Shown here: piece by piece, positions 28,933-38,148 of the stretch
Layout: the number at the start of each line of letters is the position of its first letter
How positions within the stretch are numbered: position 1 is the stretch's first letter
NCBI GenBank assembly: GCA_017514235.1
Contig: JAFWKK010000042.1
Location: forward strand, 73,483-137,482
DNA length: 64,000 nt
Reading direction: 5' to 3'
From: Kiritimatiellia bacterium
GTDB lineage: Bacteria > Verrucomicrobiota > Kiritimatiellia > RFP12 > UBA1067
Notes under the pieces: generated by a model
Database searches by the model: none
Told to the model about the DNA's origin: nothing
What the model saw: only the letters and a program-made list of their open reading frames with translations
Made by a program: the position numbers and the translations under genes

Positions 28933-29304
28933 ATGGAGGGGCAGGATTTTCAGTACAGGAATTTGATTGTGTGGCAAAAGGCCATGCGGTTCTCTAAAGC
29001 CGTTTATGCGCTGATCAATCAATTCCCCGTAGCAGAGAAGTATGCGCTTTCTGATCAGGTTCGTCGTGCGGCAGTGAGTGTTCCTAGCAACATTGCGGAA
29101 GGATGTGGACGCGCCTCAAATCGTGACTATGCTCATTTCCTGTCGATCGCACGTGGTTCATTGTATGAAACAATGACACAGCTGGAATTGGCACAATCGC
29201 TTGGATACATTGATGCTATCAAAGATATCGAAGAGTTGGCCTCGGAGATAAGTCGTATGCTAACAACATTGATGAAGAAATACACGCCGCTCTCCAAATC
29301 CTAA
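28933..29304 (+). CDS. four-helix-bundle protein (23S rRNA intervening-sequence protein / Avd-like family), copy 1
   Basis: IVWQKAMRFSKAVYALINQFP..EKYALSDQVRRAAVSVPSNIAEGCGRASNRDYAHFLSIARGSLYE..TQLELA is the hallmark of this family; the ORF track extends the start into the repeat array via TTG, and I prefer the ATG at 28933. Confidence 0.8.
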   Translation: MEGQDFQYRNLIVWQKAMRFSKAVYALINQFPVAEKYALSDQVRRAAVSVPSNIAEGCGRASNRDYAHFLSIARGSLYETMTQLELAQSLGYIDAIKDIEELASEISRMLTTLMKKYTPLSKS

Positions 29305-29435
29305 CTCTACCTCTCCCCTCCAACTCCACCTCTCCCCTCCAACTCCACCTCTCCCCTCCAACTCCACCTCTCCCCTCCAACTCCAACTCTCTCCTCCAAC
29401 TCCAACTCCAACTCTTTTCTCCAACTCATCTCCCC
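29305..29435 (+). repeat. pyrimidine-rich tandem array (unit about CTCCACCTCTCCCCTCCAA, about 4 copies, then CTCCAACTC variants) downstream of four-helix-bundle gene 1
   Basis: direct repeats; reverse-complement related to the upstream array (TTGGAGG versus CCTCCAA). Confidence 0.85.
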
Positions 29436-29687
29436 TTGAACACAATTGACCATATCGGCTCCGCGTTCTTGCGCCGTATCCTCCGCCGCATGAAGGAGAT
29501 GGGCGTGTCGCAGACGGAGCTTGCCAAGCGCATGAAGGTGTCCCGTCCGTATGTCACGAAGGTGCTGCACCGAGACGTGAACTTCTCGTTCAAGACGGCG
29601 GCTCGGCTTGCGGATGCGCTAAAGATGGACTTCTTTCCGGAGCTGCGTCCCAAGGAAGGTTCTTCGGTGCCCGATGAGGGCAAGTAA
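29436..29687 (+). CDS. XRE-family helix-turn-helix transcriptional regulator
   Basis: GVSQTELAKRMKVSRPYVTKVL is an HTH_XRE motif; the true start is probably an internal ATG near 29490, since the track start is TTG. Confidence 0.55.
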   Translation: MNTIDHIGSAFLRRILRRMKEMGVSQTELAKRMKVSRPYVTKVLHRDVNFSFKTAARLADALKMDFFPELRPKEGSSVPDEGK

Positions 29688-29717
29688 TACAAACCAAAAA
29701 AGAAAAGGAGAATAACA

Positions 29718-29945
29718 ATGAAGTCATTCCTGTTCGCCAATGTGCCGCTGAGCGCGGTGCATTTCATCCTGTTCTTGATCTTCAAGGGCAGTTTCCTCGG
29801 ACAGCCAGGCTATGCCGTCGCCAATGCGCTCGGTGCGGCGTCAGGCGGCGTCATCTGGTGGCTGATCATGGTCGTCAACTCCCTCGTCTGGGGTGCCGTC
29901 CTCTCCCTCTTCGTCTTTCCGCTCATCCGCAAGATTCTGAAGTAA
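29718..29945 (+). CDS. small two-TM membrane protein
   Basis: AAAAGGAGAATAACA-ATG ribosome-binding site; two hydrophobic helices; no family recognised. Confidence 0.4.
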   Translation: MKSFLFANVPLSAVHFILFLIFKGSFLGQPGYAVANALGAASGGVIWWLIMVVNSLVWGAVLSLFVFPLIRKILK

Positions 29946-30000
29946 GCCCAGTGGTGTGTGCAGAATTTGCACATGCCACTATTCACGGTGCTGTTATCTG

Positions 30001-30054
30001 AAGAGTGTCCAATATCACCAACTCACTAACTCACCAACTCCCCCACTTCTATCC
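30001..30054 (+). repeat. orphan pyrimidine-rich short repeats (CCAACTCA-type) directly upstream of the wzx-1 start
   Basis: CACCAACTCACTAACTCACCAACTCCCCCACTTCTATCC-ATG; same flavour as the downstream arrays of the four-helix-bundle elements. Confidence 0.5.
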
Positions 30055-31608
30055 ATGTCCCCGAATCGCAGGATATTCCTGAACATCGTTGCCACGTACG
30101 GACGGAGTCTGTACACGCTGGTGGTAGGATTGTTCTGCGGTCGGTGGACGCTGATGGCGCTGGGGGAGGTCGATTACGGACTCATGGGAGTCGTTGGCGG
30201 ACTGATTGCCTTCGTGCAGTATTTCGACAGCATCTTGGCGAGTGCAATCGGAAGGTTCTTCGCCATTGCGGTCGGCGAAGGGAAGGCCGACCGGAAATCA
30301 GGCATTGAATCCGGCCGCAAGTGGTTCACTACAGCGGTGGTGATCCAAACGGCATTGCCGACTTTTCTTCTCATAACGTTCTATCCGGTCGGGGAGTGGG
30401 CCGTCAGGCATTTTCTGACGATTCCGCCGGACAGGGTTCAGGCGTGCGTGTGGGTGTGGAGATTCGTGTGCCTGTCAGGATATTTAGGCATGCTGACGAT
30501 GCCGTTCCGTTCCATGTACATGGCGCATCAATATATTGCGGAGCTTACATTTTATTCTTTTATGACTACTACGTTTAACGCCTGTTTTCTCTATTACATG
30601 GTAACGCATCCCGGCGTTTGGCTGGCCAAGTTCGCGTTCTGGCAATGTCTGCTTTCGATGTTGCCCGAATTGATCATCGCAATTAGGGCATATTTCCTTT
30701 TTCCGGAATGCAGAGTGGTAAGGCGGCACATTAGATGCTGGTGCAACATCAGGGCGATGGCGGGTTTTTCGCTGTGGACGGCAATCGGTACGCTGGGTGT
30801 CATTCTCCGCGGGCAGGGAATATCCATTCTCGTCAACAAGATTTATGGCTCGCGAGTCAATGCCGGCGTAGCGGTCGGTTATTCGCTTTCTAATCATTGC
30901 AACTCATTGACGGATAGCATGTTCAACGTATTTTCCCCTGCCATCTACAACGCCTGGGGTGAGAAAAATTACGACAAGGCGCGCAGCATGGCCTACCAGA
31001 TATGCAGGGTCGGCACGTTGTTTCTTCTTGTTTTCGCGCTTCCGCTTTCACTGGAAGTTGACGAGGTGCTGCGATTGTGGCTTAAGAATCCCCCGCAATA
31101 TGCCGCTGGGATCTTTCTTTTTGTCATGGCGTCAACGGTAATCGACAAGATGGCGGCCGGCCACATGATATGTGTCAGTGCCAGCGGCAAGGTCGCCGGA
31201 TACCAATCGTTTCTTGGCACGACGCTGATTTTGACGTTGCCGCTCGCATGGTTGCTTGTAAAGCTCGGCATGGGCGTATATTCCGTGGGTTGGGCGCTGG
31301 TGGCGACGATGGCGGTTTGTTCTTCGGGGCGGATTTGGTTCGCGAGACGGCTTGTAGGCATGAGCGGACGATACTGGATACGGAGTGTCGTCGTCCCGCT
31401 TTCGGGGGTTGTCGTTCTGTCTCTTTGCGTGGGGTCCTTGCCTCGATTTTTTCTGTCGGCCTCCCTTGCGAGAGTCTGTTTCACGGTGGGGGTCGTCGAA
31501 TTTTTCATGATTCCATTTTCATGGTTCTTCGTCTTGAGCGGCTCCGAGCGCGCTTTTGTGGTGTCGAGGGTTAATGCTGTCGTTTCAAAAATGAGGAGAA
31601 CGTGCTAA
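30055..31608 (+). CDS. polysaccharide biosynthesis protein / Wzx-like flippase (MOP superfamily), paralog 1
   Basis: about 14 predicted TM helices; N-terminal 60 aa nearly identical to the paralog at 35171. Confidence 0.65.
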   Translation: MSPNRRIFLNIVATYGRSLYTLVVGLFCGRWTLMALGEVDYGLMGVVGGLIAFVQYFDSILASAIGRFFAIAVGEGKADRKSGIESGRKWFTTAVVIQTALPTFLLITFYPVGEWAVRHFLTIPPDRVQACVWVWRFVCLSGYLGMLTMPFRSMYMAHQYIAELTFYSFMTTTFNACFLYYMVTHPGVWLAKFAFWQCLLSMLPELIIAIRAYFLFPECRVVRRHIRCWCNIRAMAGFSLWTAIGTLGVILRGQGISILVNKIYGSRVNAGVAVGYSLSNHCNSLTDSMFNVFSPAIYNAWGEKNYDKARSMAYQICRVGTLFLLVFALPLSLEVDEVLRLWLKNPPQYAAGIFLFVMASTVIDKMAAGHMICVSASGKVAGYQSFLGTTLILTLPLAWLLVKLGMGVYSVGWALVATMAVCSSGRIWFARRLVGMSGRYWIRSVVVPLSGVVVLSLCVGSLPRFFLSASLARVCFTVGVVEFFMIPFSWFFVLSGSERAFVVSRVNAVVSKMRRTC

Positions 31609-32615
31609 TGTTCAAGGATTTTTTCAGGGTTGTTTTGCGTCCGTTTCGCATGGCTTGTGGGGCGTTATTGAGATATTTGCACGTTCGGCGGTTGTTCAGG
31701 TATGATCGCTTGCGGTTCATGAAGAATTCGGGCACGTTCGGAACTGGGAAGAAGCGGGAATACGTGCAGAAGGAAAAAATCATCATGGGGTATCATGTGT
31801 TGGAGAAAGGGTTGACAATGCCATCCTGTCGCTTGGGTTTTGGCCGCGAAGCTGTTTTAGATCTCATGCATGCGATTAGCGAATATGAAAATGACTTCGG
31901 GAAATCTGACGGGCAAGTGGATCATGCGTCTAGGTGCGTCAAGGCATATCTTCATCTTCATGAAGATGAACAGTATGACATGGCTGCCGACGCAGGCTTT
32001 TGGAATGCAGTAAAGGATTTTTGCGATGCGAGGAGCGGGGCGCCTGCCCAGATGATGAAATTCGACAGGGATGATTTCTTTGGCCAAGTTAATTCCCCGT
32101 TCGAGGTTTTTGCAAAATCAAGGCATACGGTAAGACACTTTGCGGGGACGGTTTCAGATGAGACCATTGAGAAAGCTGTGGATTTGGCGAGGACATCTCC
32201 TTCGGCGTGCAATAGGCAATACGTTAGAGTCCACTGCTTGCGAGACCACAAGTTGCATGAGAAAATATATAAGTTGCAAAATGGGAATCGGGGATTTGCC
32301 TCGGCAGCGGACAAATTGCTGATAGTGACTTCTGATCTTAATGGGTTGCGGTGGCATGAAGAGCGGAATGATGTCTTCACTAATGCCGGTATCTTCATAA
32401 TGAATCTCATGTATGCATTGCATTATAACCGCTTGGGGTGCTGTGTCTTAAACTGGTCTGTGTCACCAGACTCTGACAAGCGATTGAGAGGCATAATACC
32501 ATTAAAAGAGTCAGAGACCGTTGTCGCCTTGATAGCAGTCGGCCATCTTCCAGACGACTTTCTTGTGGCGGCTTCTCCTAGGAAACCTCTGCAGGAAGTC
32601 CTTGTCTGGCATTAA
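31608..32615 (+). CDS. nitroreductase-family domain protein (N-terminal unknown domain)
   Basis: C-terminal SRHTVRHF...SPSACNRQ nitroreductase motifs; ATG overlaps the wzx-1 stop (TAATG). Confidence 0.55.
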   Translation: MFKDFFRVVLRPFRMACGALLRYLHVRRLFRYDRLRFMKNSGTFGTGKKREYVQKEKIIMGYHVLEKGLTMPSCRLGFGREAVLDLMHAISEYENDFGKSDGQVDHASRCVKAYLHLHEDEQYDMAADAGFWNAVKDFCDARSGAPAQMMKFDRDDFFGQVNSPFEVFAKSRHTVRHFAGTVSDETIEKAVDLARTSPSACNRQYVRVHCLRDHKLHEKIYKLQNGNRGFASAADKLLIVTSDLNGLRWHEERNDVFTNAGIFIMNLMYALHYNRLGCCVLNWSVSPDSDKRLRGIIPLKESETVVALIAVGHLPDDFLVAASPRKPLQEVLVWH

Positions 32616-32642
32616 TCCTGATCCGTCTACATATAGCGGCTG

Positions 32643-33782
32643 ATGAAATCCATAGGCATAGTTACGCTAGGCGACTGCTTTCTGCTAGGCAATTACGGGA
32701 CATTTCTCCAGCACTTGTCGTTAAGGCGATTTGTCGAAGGTCTTGGTTATCGATGTGGGCGCATTCTGCGCAAGAGCGACAGCCCGTCAAGAGCCGTAAC
32801 CGTCTTTCGGATAGTTAAGCGGTTGTTGTCAATTCCTTGGCATGTCTTTCGTATGGGGGCTAGCATTTCAGACGAATTGCGAATCCAAACGTGTTGTGCA
32901 CGGCAGATGGCATTGTTTAGGCGCGATTATGAGAGGTTGCTTGGGGGGGGCGGGCAGGAAGTGTCTGTCGATAGGTGCGATGGGATTATAATAGGGGGTG
33001 ACCAGGTTTGGAATGATGCTGCTGATCTGGTATTTGGGATAGGCCATGGAGAGGGTTGCAAAGTTATCTGCTATGCTGCAAGTGCGGACTGGGTGCAAGC
33101 GTCTGGAGATACAAGGTGGCTGGATAAGGCGCGCAGGGAACTTCCTGGATTTGAAGCCATATCTGTGCGCGAAGATGCTGGTGTCAAGTTCCTTAATGAG
33201 GAAATTGGATTTCATAAAGAAATCGTTCGTGTCTGCGATCCGGTGTTTTTGAACAACAAAGAGTTCTATTTCAATTTGGTGTCAAATGAAAAGATTCTAA
33301 AAAAGCCAACATTGCTGTGCTATCTCTTGAACATACGGGAGTCAAGGGATTTCTCCATGGAATTTTATAAAAGCGTCGCCGATAGTCTTGGCGTCGACTT
33401 GAAGATTGTATGCATACAGGGAGCAGAGCGATATTTGAAACTGCGATACCAAACTATACCTTCTCCATGTGATTACATAAGAATGTTTAGGGATGCGGAA
33501 TATGTAATCACAAATTCATTCCATGGCGTGTGTGTTTCGTTACTGTTCGGGCGGCAGTTCGTTTGTCTTAAGCAAAGGGAAATCTCCAATTCAAGTCAGA
33601 ACATTCGAAGTATGGAGTTGCTTGGGCGTCTTCATCTTGAGAGTAGGATTTGCGATATCGGTAGTCAAAAGGAATCTTTGTTTGCTTTGCTGAAGACTCA
33701 AATTGATTTTAAATGTATTGATGTTGCGTTGGACGAAGAAAGAAAGTTCTCGGCAGAATGGCTAAGGCAGGCATTGCAATGA
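32643..33782 (+). CDS. polysaccharide pyruvyl transferase family protein
   Basis: N-terminus KSIGIVTLGDCFLLGNYGTFLQ matches the PS_pyruv_trans start (compare the paralog at 40758). Confidence 0.65.
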   Translation: MKSIGIVTLGDCFLLGNYGTFLQHLSLRRFVEGLGYRCGRILRKSDSPSRAVTVFRIVKRLLSIPWHVFRMGASISDELRIQTCCARQMALFRRDYERLLGGGGQEVSVDRCDGIIIGGDQVWNDAADLVFGIGHGEGCKVICYAASADWVQASGDTRWLDKARRELPGFEAISVREDAGVKFLNEEIGFHKEIVRVCDPVFLNNKEFYFNLVSNEKILKKPTLLCYLLNIRESRDFSMEFYKSVADSLGVDLKIVCIQGAERYLKLRYQTIPSPCDYIRMFRDAEYVITNSFHGVCVSLLFGRQFVCLKQREISNSSQNIRSMELLGRLHLESRICDIGSQKESLFALLKTQIDFKCIDVALDEERKFSAEWLRQALQ

Positions 33783-34798
33783 CACCGTTCTTCTCCATCG
33801 TCATTCCGGTCTACAACGTAGCGCCGTATCTGCGCGAGTGTCTTGATTCCGTCTTGGCGCAGACGTTCGCGGACTGGGAGGCGCTCTGCGTTGATGACGG
33901 TTCGACTGACGGTTCCGGGGCAATCCTCGACGAGTATGCGGCCAAAGATTCGCGAATCAAGGTGCTTCACACTGGGAATCGCGGAGTAAGCGCGGCAAGA
34001 AACTCCGGCATTGACGCGGCAAGCGGGGAGTACGTGACCTTTCTCGATGGAGACGATGCATATGAACGTTTTTGGCTCGAGAGCTTTTATGGGCTGATCA
34101 AGGAAACAGGGGCGGAACTTGTCCGGCTGCGAGTGAAGTTCTGGAATGGCGGGGCGCATGAAAGCGGTCTGGCGGTGGACCGTCCGCATCGAGCCTGCTT
34201 CGTCGGGGATGAAGTCGTGAGTTGGGGGTGCCCGACCTACTCGCTGGAGGGGTGGTCGTGGTTGAATGCCATAAGGAGATCGTGCTTGAACGGTGCGGTA
34301 CGGGTAAGGTTCCCGGTCGGCATGAAGTTCATGGAGGACAATGTTTTCATGATGAATGCGTTGCCTCATGTTCATGCGGCTTGCCAAGGCGAGGTCTCCG
34401 GTTATCTTTACAGGCAGCGGGCGACGTCCGTTTGCCTGGCAAGGAAAAGCGCCCAGGTGGTTGTTCGCCTCTTCGATGAAACTGTCCCGCTGTTCGCTGC
34501 GATGTCTGCGGCGAACCGGAAGTGTCTTTCGGGAATGCTCGGACGGTCGGTCCTTTATTGGTGTGAACGCAGGGACAGGGACGAAATCGGCGGCGCTGCA
34601 ATCGTCCGTGCCCGTATCGTGGCCGCCATGAAAGATTCGATGTTCCATGTTTCGGACATGCCGGTGAGGTGGCGGCTTGGGTTCGTGGCGATGTTGCATT
34701 TGCATTCGCTTCTTGTCATGGATTTGCTGTTGTTCCTGCAGCGTACCTGGGGTTGTGCAAGACGATTGCGGAAAGGTATAATACGCGGCAAACGTTAA
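33779..34798 (+). CDS. family 2 glycosyltransferase (conserved 5' module)
   Basis: FSIVIPVYNVAPYLRECLDSVLAQTFADWEALCVDDGSTDGS; 5' about 130 nt nearly identical to the GT2 genes at 41875 and 45498 and to the pseudogene at 43126. Confidence 0.8.
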   Translation: MTPFFSIVIPVYNVAPYLRECLDSVLAQTFADWEALCVDDGSTDGSGAILDEYAAKDSRIKVLHTGNRGVSAARNSGIDAASGEYVTFLDGDDAYERFWLESFYGLIKETGAELVRLRVKFWNGGAHESGLAVDRPHRACFVGDEVVSWGCPTYSLEGWSWLNAIRRSCLNGAVRVRFPVGMKFMEDNVFMMNALPHVHAACQGEVSGYLYRQRATSVCLARKSAQVVVRLFDETVPLFAAMSAANRKCLSGMLGRSVLYWCERRDRDEIGGAAIVRARIVAAMKDSMFHVSDMPVRWRLGFVAMLHLHSLLVMDLLLFLQRTWGCARRLRKGIIRGKR

Positions 34799-34868
34799 GG
34801 AGGGGCCTTGGAATGTGGTATGCTTTGTTGGCTTAGGGTGACGATGGCGGCATGGAGAATGGTATAAT
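34775..34868 (+). promoter_or_regulatory. two extended -10 boxes (GGTATAAT at 34775-34782; TGGTATAAT at 34860-34868)
   Basis: same promoter flavour as the core genes; positioned before the 80-aa ORF and wzx-2. Confidence 0.4.
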
Positions 34869-34886
34869 AAATATGAGCAGTAACGT

Positions 34887-35129
34887 ATGAGCAGTAACGA
34901 TTTTTCTGAGAATCTCTTCTGGGATGCCGACCTGTCCGATCTTGATCTAGCCCGGAACAGGCGGTATGTCGTACAGCGAGTCATGGAGCGCGGAACCGTC
35001 ATCGACCTTTGTAAGATTTTTCATCTCTATGGCATGACTGGCGTTGTCGAAACGGCGAAAACGCTTCGTGCGCATGACCAGAGGGCCTTGTCTTTTGTCG
35101 CCTGTCGCGAATTTGTAAAGGGCATATAG
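34887..35129 (+). CDS. hypothetical 80-aa protein
   Basis: ORF placed between the two polysaccharide modules and preceded by promoter motifs; no family recognised. Confidence 0.35.
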   Translation: MSSNDFSENLFWDADLSDLDLARNRRYVVQRVMERGTVIDLCKIFHLYGMTGVVETAKTLRAHDQRALSFVACREFVKGI

Positions 35130-35130
35130 A

Positions 35131-35170
35131 ACTCACCCTCTCCCAACTCATAACTCACAACTTCCTCTCC
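35131..35170 (+). repeat. orphan pyrimidine-rich repeats (AACTCA-type) directly upstream of the wzx-2 start
   Basis: GAACTCACCCTCTCCCAACTCATAACTCACAACTTCCTCTCC-ATG. Confidence 0.45.
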
Positions 35171-36733
35171 ATGTCCCCTAACCGTCGAATCTTCTTGAAC
35201 ATTGTTGCCACGTACGGGCGGAGTTTGTATGCGTTGGTCGTTGGCTTGGTCACTGCAAGGTGGACATTACAGGCTTTGGGAGTTGTTGACTATGGACTTA
35301 TGGGAGTTGTAGGTGGTCTTACTGGGTTTATTTCTTTCTTTAACGGAATCTTGGCGGCTGCTGTCGGTCGGTTTTATGCAATATCGGTTGGCAAGGCGAG
35401 TGTAAAAGGACACGAACTTGAGGGACTGGATGAGTGCCATAAATGGTTTTCCACTGCTGTATTTTTGCACATGCTTGTGCCGACGATTTTAATTGTTGTT
35501 GGCTATCCTGTTGGCGTATGGGCTGTTAGAAACTTTCTAACCATTCCACCTGATCGTGTCTCTGATTGTGTTTGGGTATTTCGCTTTATGTGTGTGTCGT
35601 GTTATATATCAATGTTGACAGTTCCCGTAAATGCGATGTATACGGCCAAACAGTATATTGCCGAATTGACGATTTATTCTGTTGTTACAACGACGCTAAA
35701 TGCACTTTTCTTATATTATATGGTCTCGCATCCAGGCGTATGGCTGGCCAAGTTTATGTTTTGGACTTCGCTTCTGTCCATCGCACCAAATGTGATTATT
35801 TTCTTGCGTGGAGTTTTTCTGTTTAAGGAATGCAGGTTAATTCCCAGGTATCTGTTATCGTGGGCGCGAATCAAGCAGTTGGTATATTTTGTGGGAATGT
35901 GGACCTGCGGTGGTACAGCATGGCTGTTGAGAGTTCAGGGAATCAACATTCTCATTAACAAGTATTTTGGGGCAAAAGTGAATGCGGCTATGGCTATTGC
36001 GAATAGTGTAAATGCGCACACTAGAAGTTTGTCAGGATCCATGCTCGGTGCTTTATATCCTGCCATAACATCTGCCTATGGCGCAGGAGACCTTGAGCGC
36101 ATGCGAGCGTTGGCGTATCGTGCATCCAAACTTTCAGTGCTTTTTGTTTTGATTTTCATGTTGCCCATTGCGTTGGAGTTGGAGGAAGTTCTACGCGTTT
36201 GGCTGATAAACCCGCCTGAATATGTTTATGGGCTGTGTCTTTTGGTCTTTGCGGTAACTATTACTGATCAGATTACTATTGGCCAAATGATGGCAATAAA
36301 TACCAGAGGCAAGATACTTTGGCCCACTGTTTTCCAAAGTGGAAGTCTTCTTATGGGATTCCCACTTGCATGGTTGTTTTGCTGGGTAGGATTTGGGGTG
36401 TATTCTGTGGCGGTCGCATTGTTGATTTCGATGTTCAGCTGTTCGGCCTGGAGGATATGGTTTGCGCGTGGTTTGGTCTCCATGTCTTCTTGGTACTGGA
36501 TAAAGAGAATATTGATACCAGTAGTCCTTTGCGCATTGATTAGCGCGGTAATCGGATGGATGCCTCGTCTGTTCATGCCGCCATCACTTTATCGGATTGT
36601 TGTTGCGGGACTTGTCAGCGACGTGATTCTTCTTGCGTTAGCTTGGCTTGTTTTGCTTGATGGAGACGAACGAGAATTCCTAAGAGGGCGGTTTAGCCTA
36701 TTGTACAGAAACTTAAAGGCGAGAATGAAGTAA
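35171..36733 (+). CDS. polysaccharide biosynthesis protein / Wzx-like flippase, paralog 2
   Basis: MSPNRRIFLNIVATYGRSLY... same N-terminus as the 30055 gene; multi-TM. Confidence 0.65.
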   Translation: MSPNRRIFLNIVATYGRSLYALVVGLVTARWTLQALGVVDYGLMGVVGGLTGFISFFNGILAAAVGRFYAISVGKASVKGHELEGLDECHKWFSTAVFLHMLVPTILIVVGYPVGVWAVRNFLTIPPDRVSDCVWVFRFMCVSCYISMLTVPVNAMYTAKQYIAELTIYSVVTTTLNALFLYYMVSHPGVWLAKFMFWTSLLSIAPNVIIFLRGVFLFKECRLIPRYLLSWARIKQLVYFVGMWTCGGTAWLLRVQGINILINKYFGAKVNAAMAIANSVNAHTRSLSGSMLGALYPAITSAYGAGDLERMRALAYRASKLSVLFVLIFMLPIALELEEVLRVWLINPPEYVYGLCLLVFAVTITDQITIGQMMAINTRGKILWPTVFQSGSLLMGFPLAWLFCWVGFGVYSVAVALLISMFSCSAWRIWFARGLVSMSSWYWIKRILIPVVLCALISAVIGWMPRLFMPPSLYRIVVAGLVSDVILLALAWLVLLDGDEREFLRGRFSLLYRNLKARMK

Positions 36734-38119
36734 ATGCTTCGGGCCCGTCGTGTATCTCATATGAAACGAATTGAACTTTATAGAATGGTCGTAGAGGGTG
36801 ATAGAATCCTTTACGAAATAGTGCAGGATGCTGGCGTAGGGTTGTTGAAACAGGACCGCGTGAAGTTGTTCGTTCGCTTTCACAATTTAGAAAGCGTACA
36901 TGTTGACTTGAACAAGATTCCACAATCAATCCTCGCAGTTCCAATTTCGCTGTACTTGTTGCCACTTACATATTTCTACAAAATAGAGCTAGTCTTGCCG
37001 ACGATTGACAAGATGCTCTATGGGCGGTTGCCTGATATATATGCCGCATACTCAAATGTCTATGGACCTTTCAAAGAAGAGTGGCGTGGCAAATTGACCG
37101 TTAAAACCATTGCTGACACCCCAGCAAAAGACGATGAGGCGTATGATAAAGTCGTCTTCTTTTCAGGAGGGGTTGATGCATGTAGCGCAGGAATCAACAA
37201 TCCAGGACGTAAGACGCTTTTGGTAAGTATTCCCGATATAGAGATACTTGCAAAGAACGAAGGACCTCTGCGAGAAGAGAAATTCTCGCTGATAAGGGCA
37301 TTCTCAAGTGTCATTAATAGTGATTGGGTCTTGATATCGAATAACTTCAATGCTGCGCTTTTTAATGATCATGAGATAAAAAAGGAGTTGCGCACACAAA
37401 AGGGACTTTGTAGTCCCGCGTTTGAATTTGATGGTTGGTTGGGAATGAAATTTCTTGCCAATATGTGTTGCGTTGCTCCGCTTGCGTATGCTTTGGGGGT
37501 TAAAGATCTTATTATGGGGTCGGGTTTTTCACAGATAGAAGACAGATACAATCTTAATGACGATGGAGCACATCCATCGCTTTCAAATTCTATTGCATTC
37601 TCAGGAGTAAGATTTGGTGATCAGGATGGATTATATACACGCCGAACAATGAAGGTGAGTAATATAATCAAATGGTGTAACTCACATGGTAAGAGAGTAA
37701 AACTGTGGACTTGTTTTTGCGATAAGTCGTCACAATGTGGGGTCTGTCATAAGTGTGTTCGTACCCAACTTAATATCCTTTGTGCTGGTGAGAATCCAAA
37801 AAACTGGGGCTTTGAAAATTTTGATGAAAAGAAATTCTCACACTTCATGTATTGGTATAGATATTACGAAAAGAACCCTTGCTTTCTCTGGGATGTAGTT
37901 GATGCGATAGACACAAAACGTGGTTATGTGTGTTGCAATCACATGTTGCATTGGCTTAAGCGCATTGGCTACAAGGAGTATATGAAGAGAGCCAGGTCAC
38001 GTATAGTGTGGCTTAATCGGTTTAGACGAATTATAAGGATTTTCTATGTTCACAAGTATCCCCATTATATGAAGCGGATATGTGAACGACTTGTTAAGTG
38101 CTTGAAGTCAGAGCGATAA
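36734..38119 (+). CDS. hypothetical protein with PP-loop-like SGGxD motif and C-terminal Cys cluster
   Basis: VVFFSGGVDACSAG resembles the adenine-nucleotide alpha-hydrolase PP-loop; CFCDKSSQCGVCHKC cluster; possibly N-acetyl-sugar amidotransferase-like, family uncertain. Confidence 0.4.
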   Translation: MLRARRVSHMKRIELYRMVVEGDRILYEIVQDAGVGLLKQDRVKLFVRFHNLESVHVDLNKIPQSILAVPISLYLLPLTYFYKIELVLPTIDKMLYGRLPDIYAAYSNVYGPFKEEWRGKLTVKTIADTPAKDDEAYDKVVFFSGGVDACSAGINNPGRKTLLVSIPDIEILAKNEGPLREEKFSLIRAFSSVINSDWVLISNNFNAALFNDHEIKKELRTQKGLCSPAFEFDGWLGMKFLANMCCVAPLAYALGVKDLIMGSGFSQIEDRYNLNDDGAHPSLSNSIAFSGVRFGDQDGLYTRRTMKVSNIIKWCNSHGKRVKLWTCFCDKSSQCGVCHKCVRTQLNILCAGENPKNWGFENFDEKKFSHFMYWYRYYEKNPCFLWDVVDAIDTKRGYVCCNHMLHWLKRIGYKEYMKRARSRIVWLNRFRRIIRIFYVHKYPHYMKRICERLVKCLKSER

Positions 38120-38148
38120 TCGAAGTCAGAGGTATAAGGAGAGATGGC

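Noticed and set aside
28875-29440. Tandem repeat arrays considered as a CRISPR array
   Set aside because: Units are 9-19 nt with no unique spacers of 25-40 nt, and no cas genes are present. They are simple direct-repeat arrays.
29260-29570. Minus-strand ORFs 29260..29445 and 29307..29570 (Glu/Gly/Val/Trp repeat peptides) and the repeat-derived N-terminal extensions of ORFs 28894..29304 and 61305..62921
   Set aside because: These are translations of the repeat arrays themselves. Pyrimidine-only or purine-only repeats cannot contain stop codons in most frames, so open frames here are uninformative. Starts were moved to the first ATG after the arrays.
34887-35129. Assigning the 80-aa ORF as a UpxZ/UpxY-like capsule regulator
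   Set aside because: Its position (first gene after two promoters, between modules) is suggestive, but I see no sequence resemblance I can defend. It is kept as hypothetical only.
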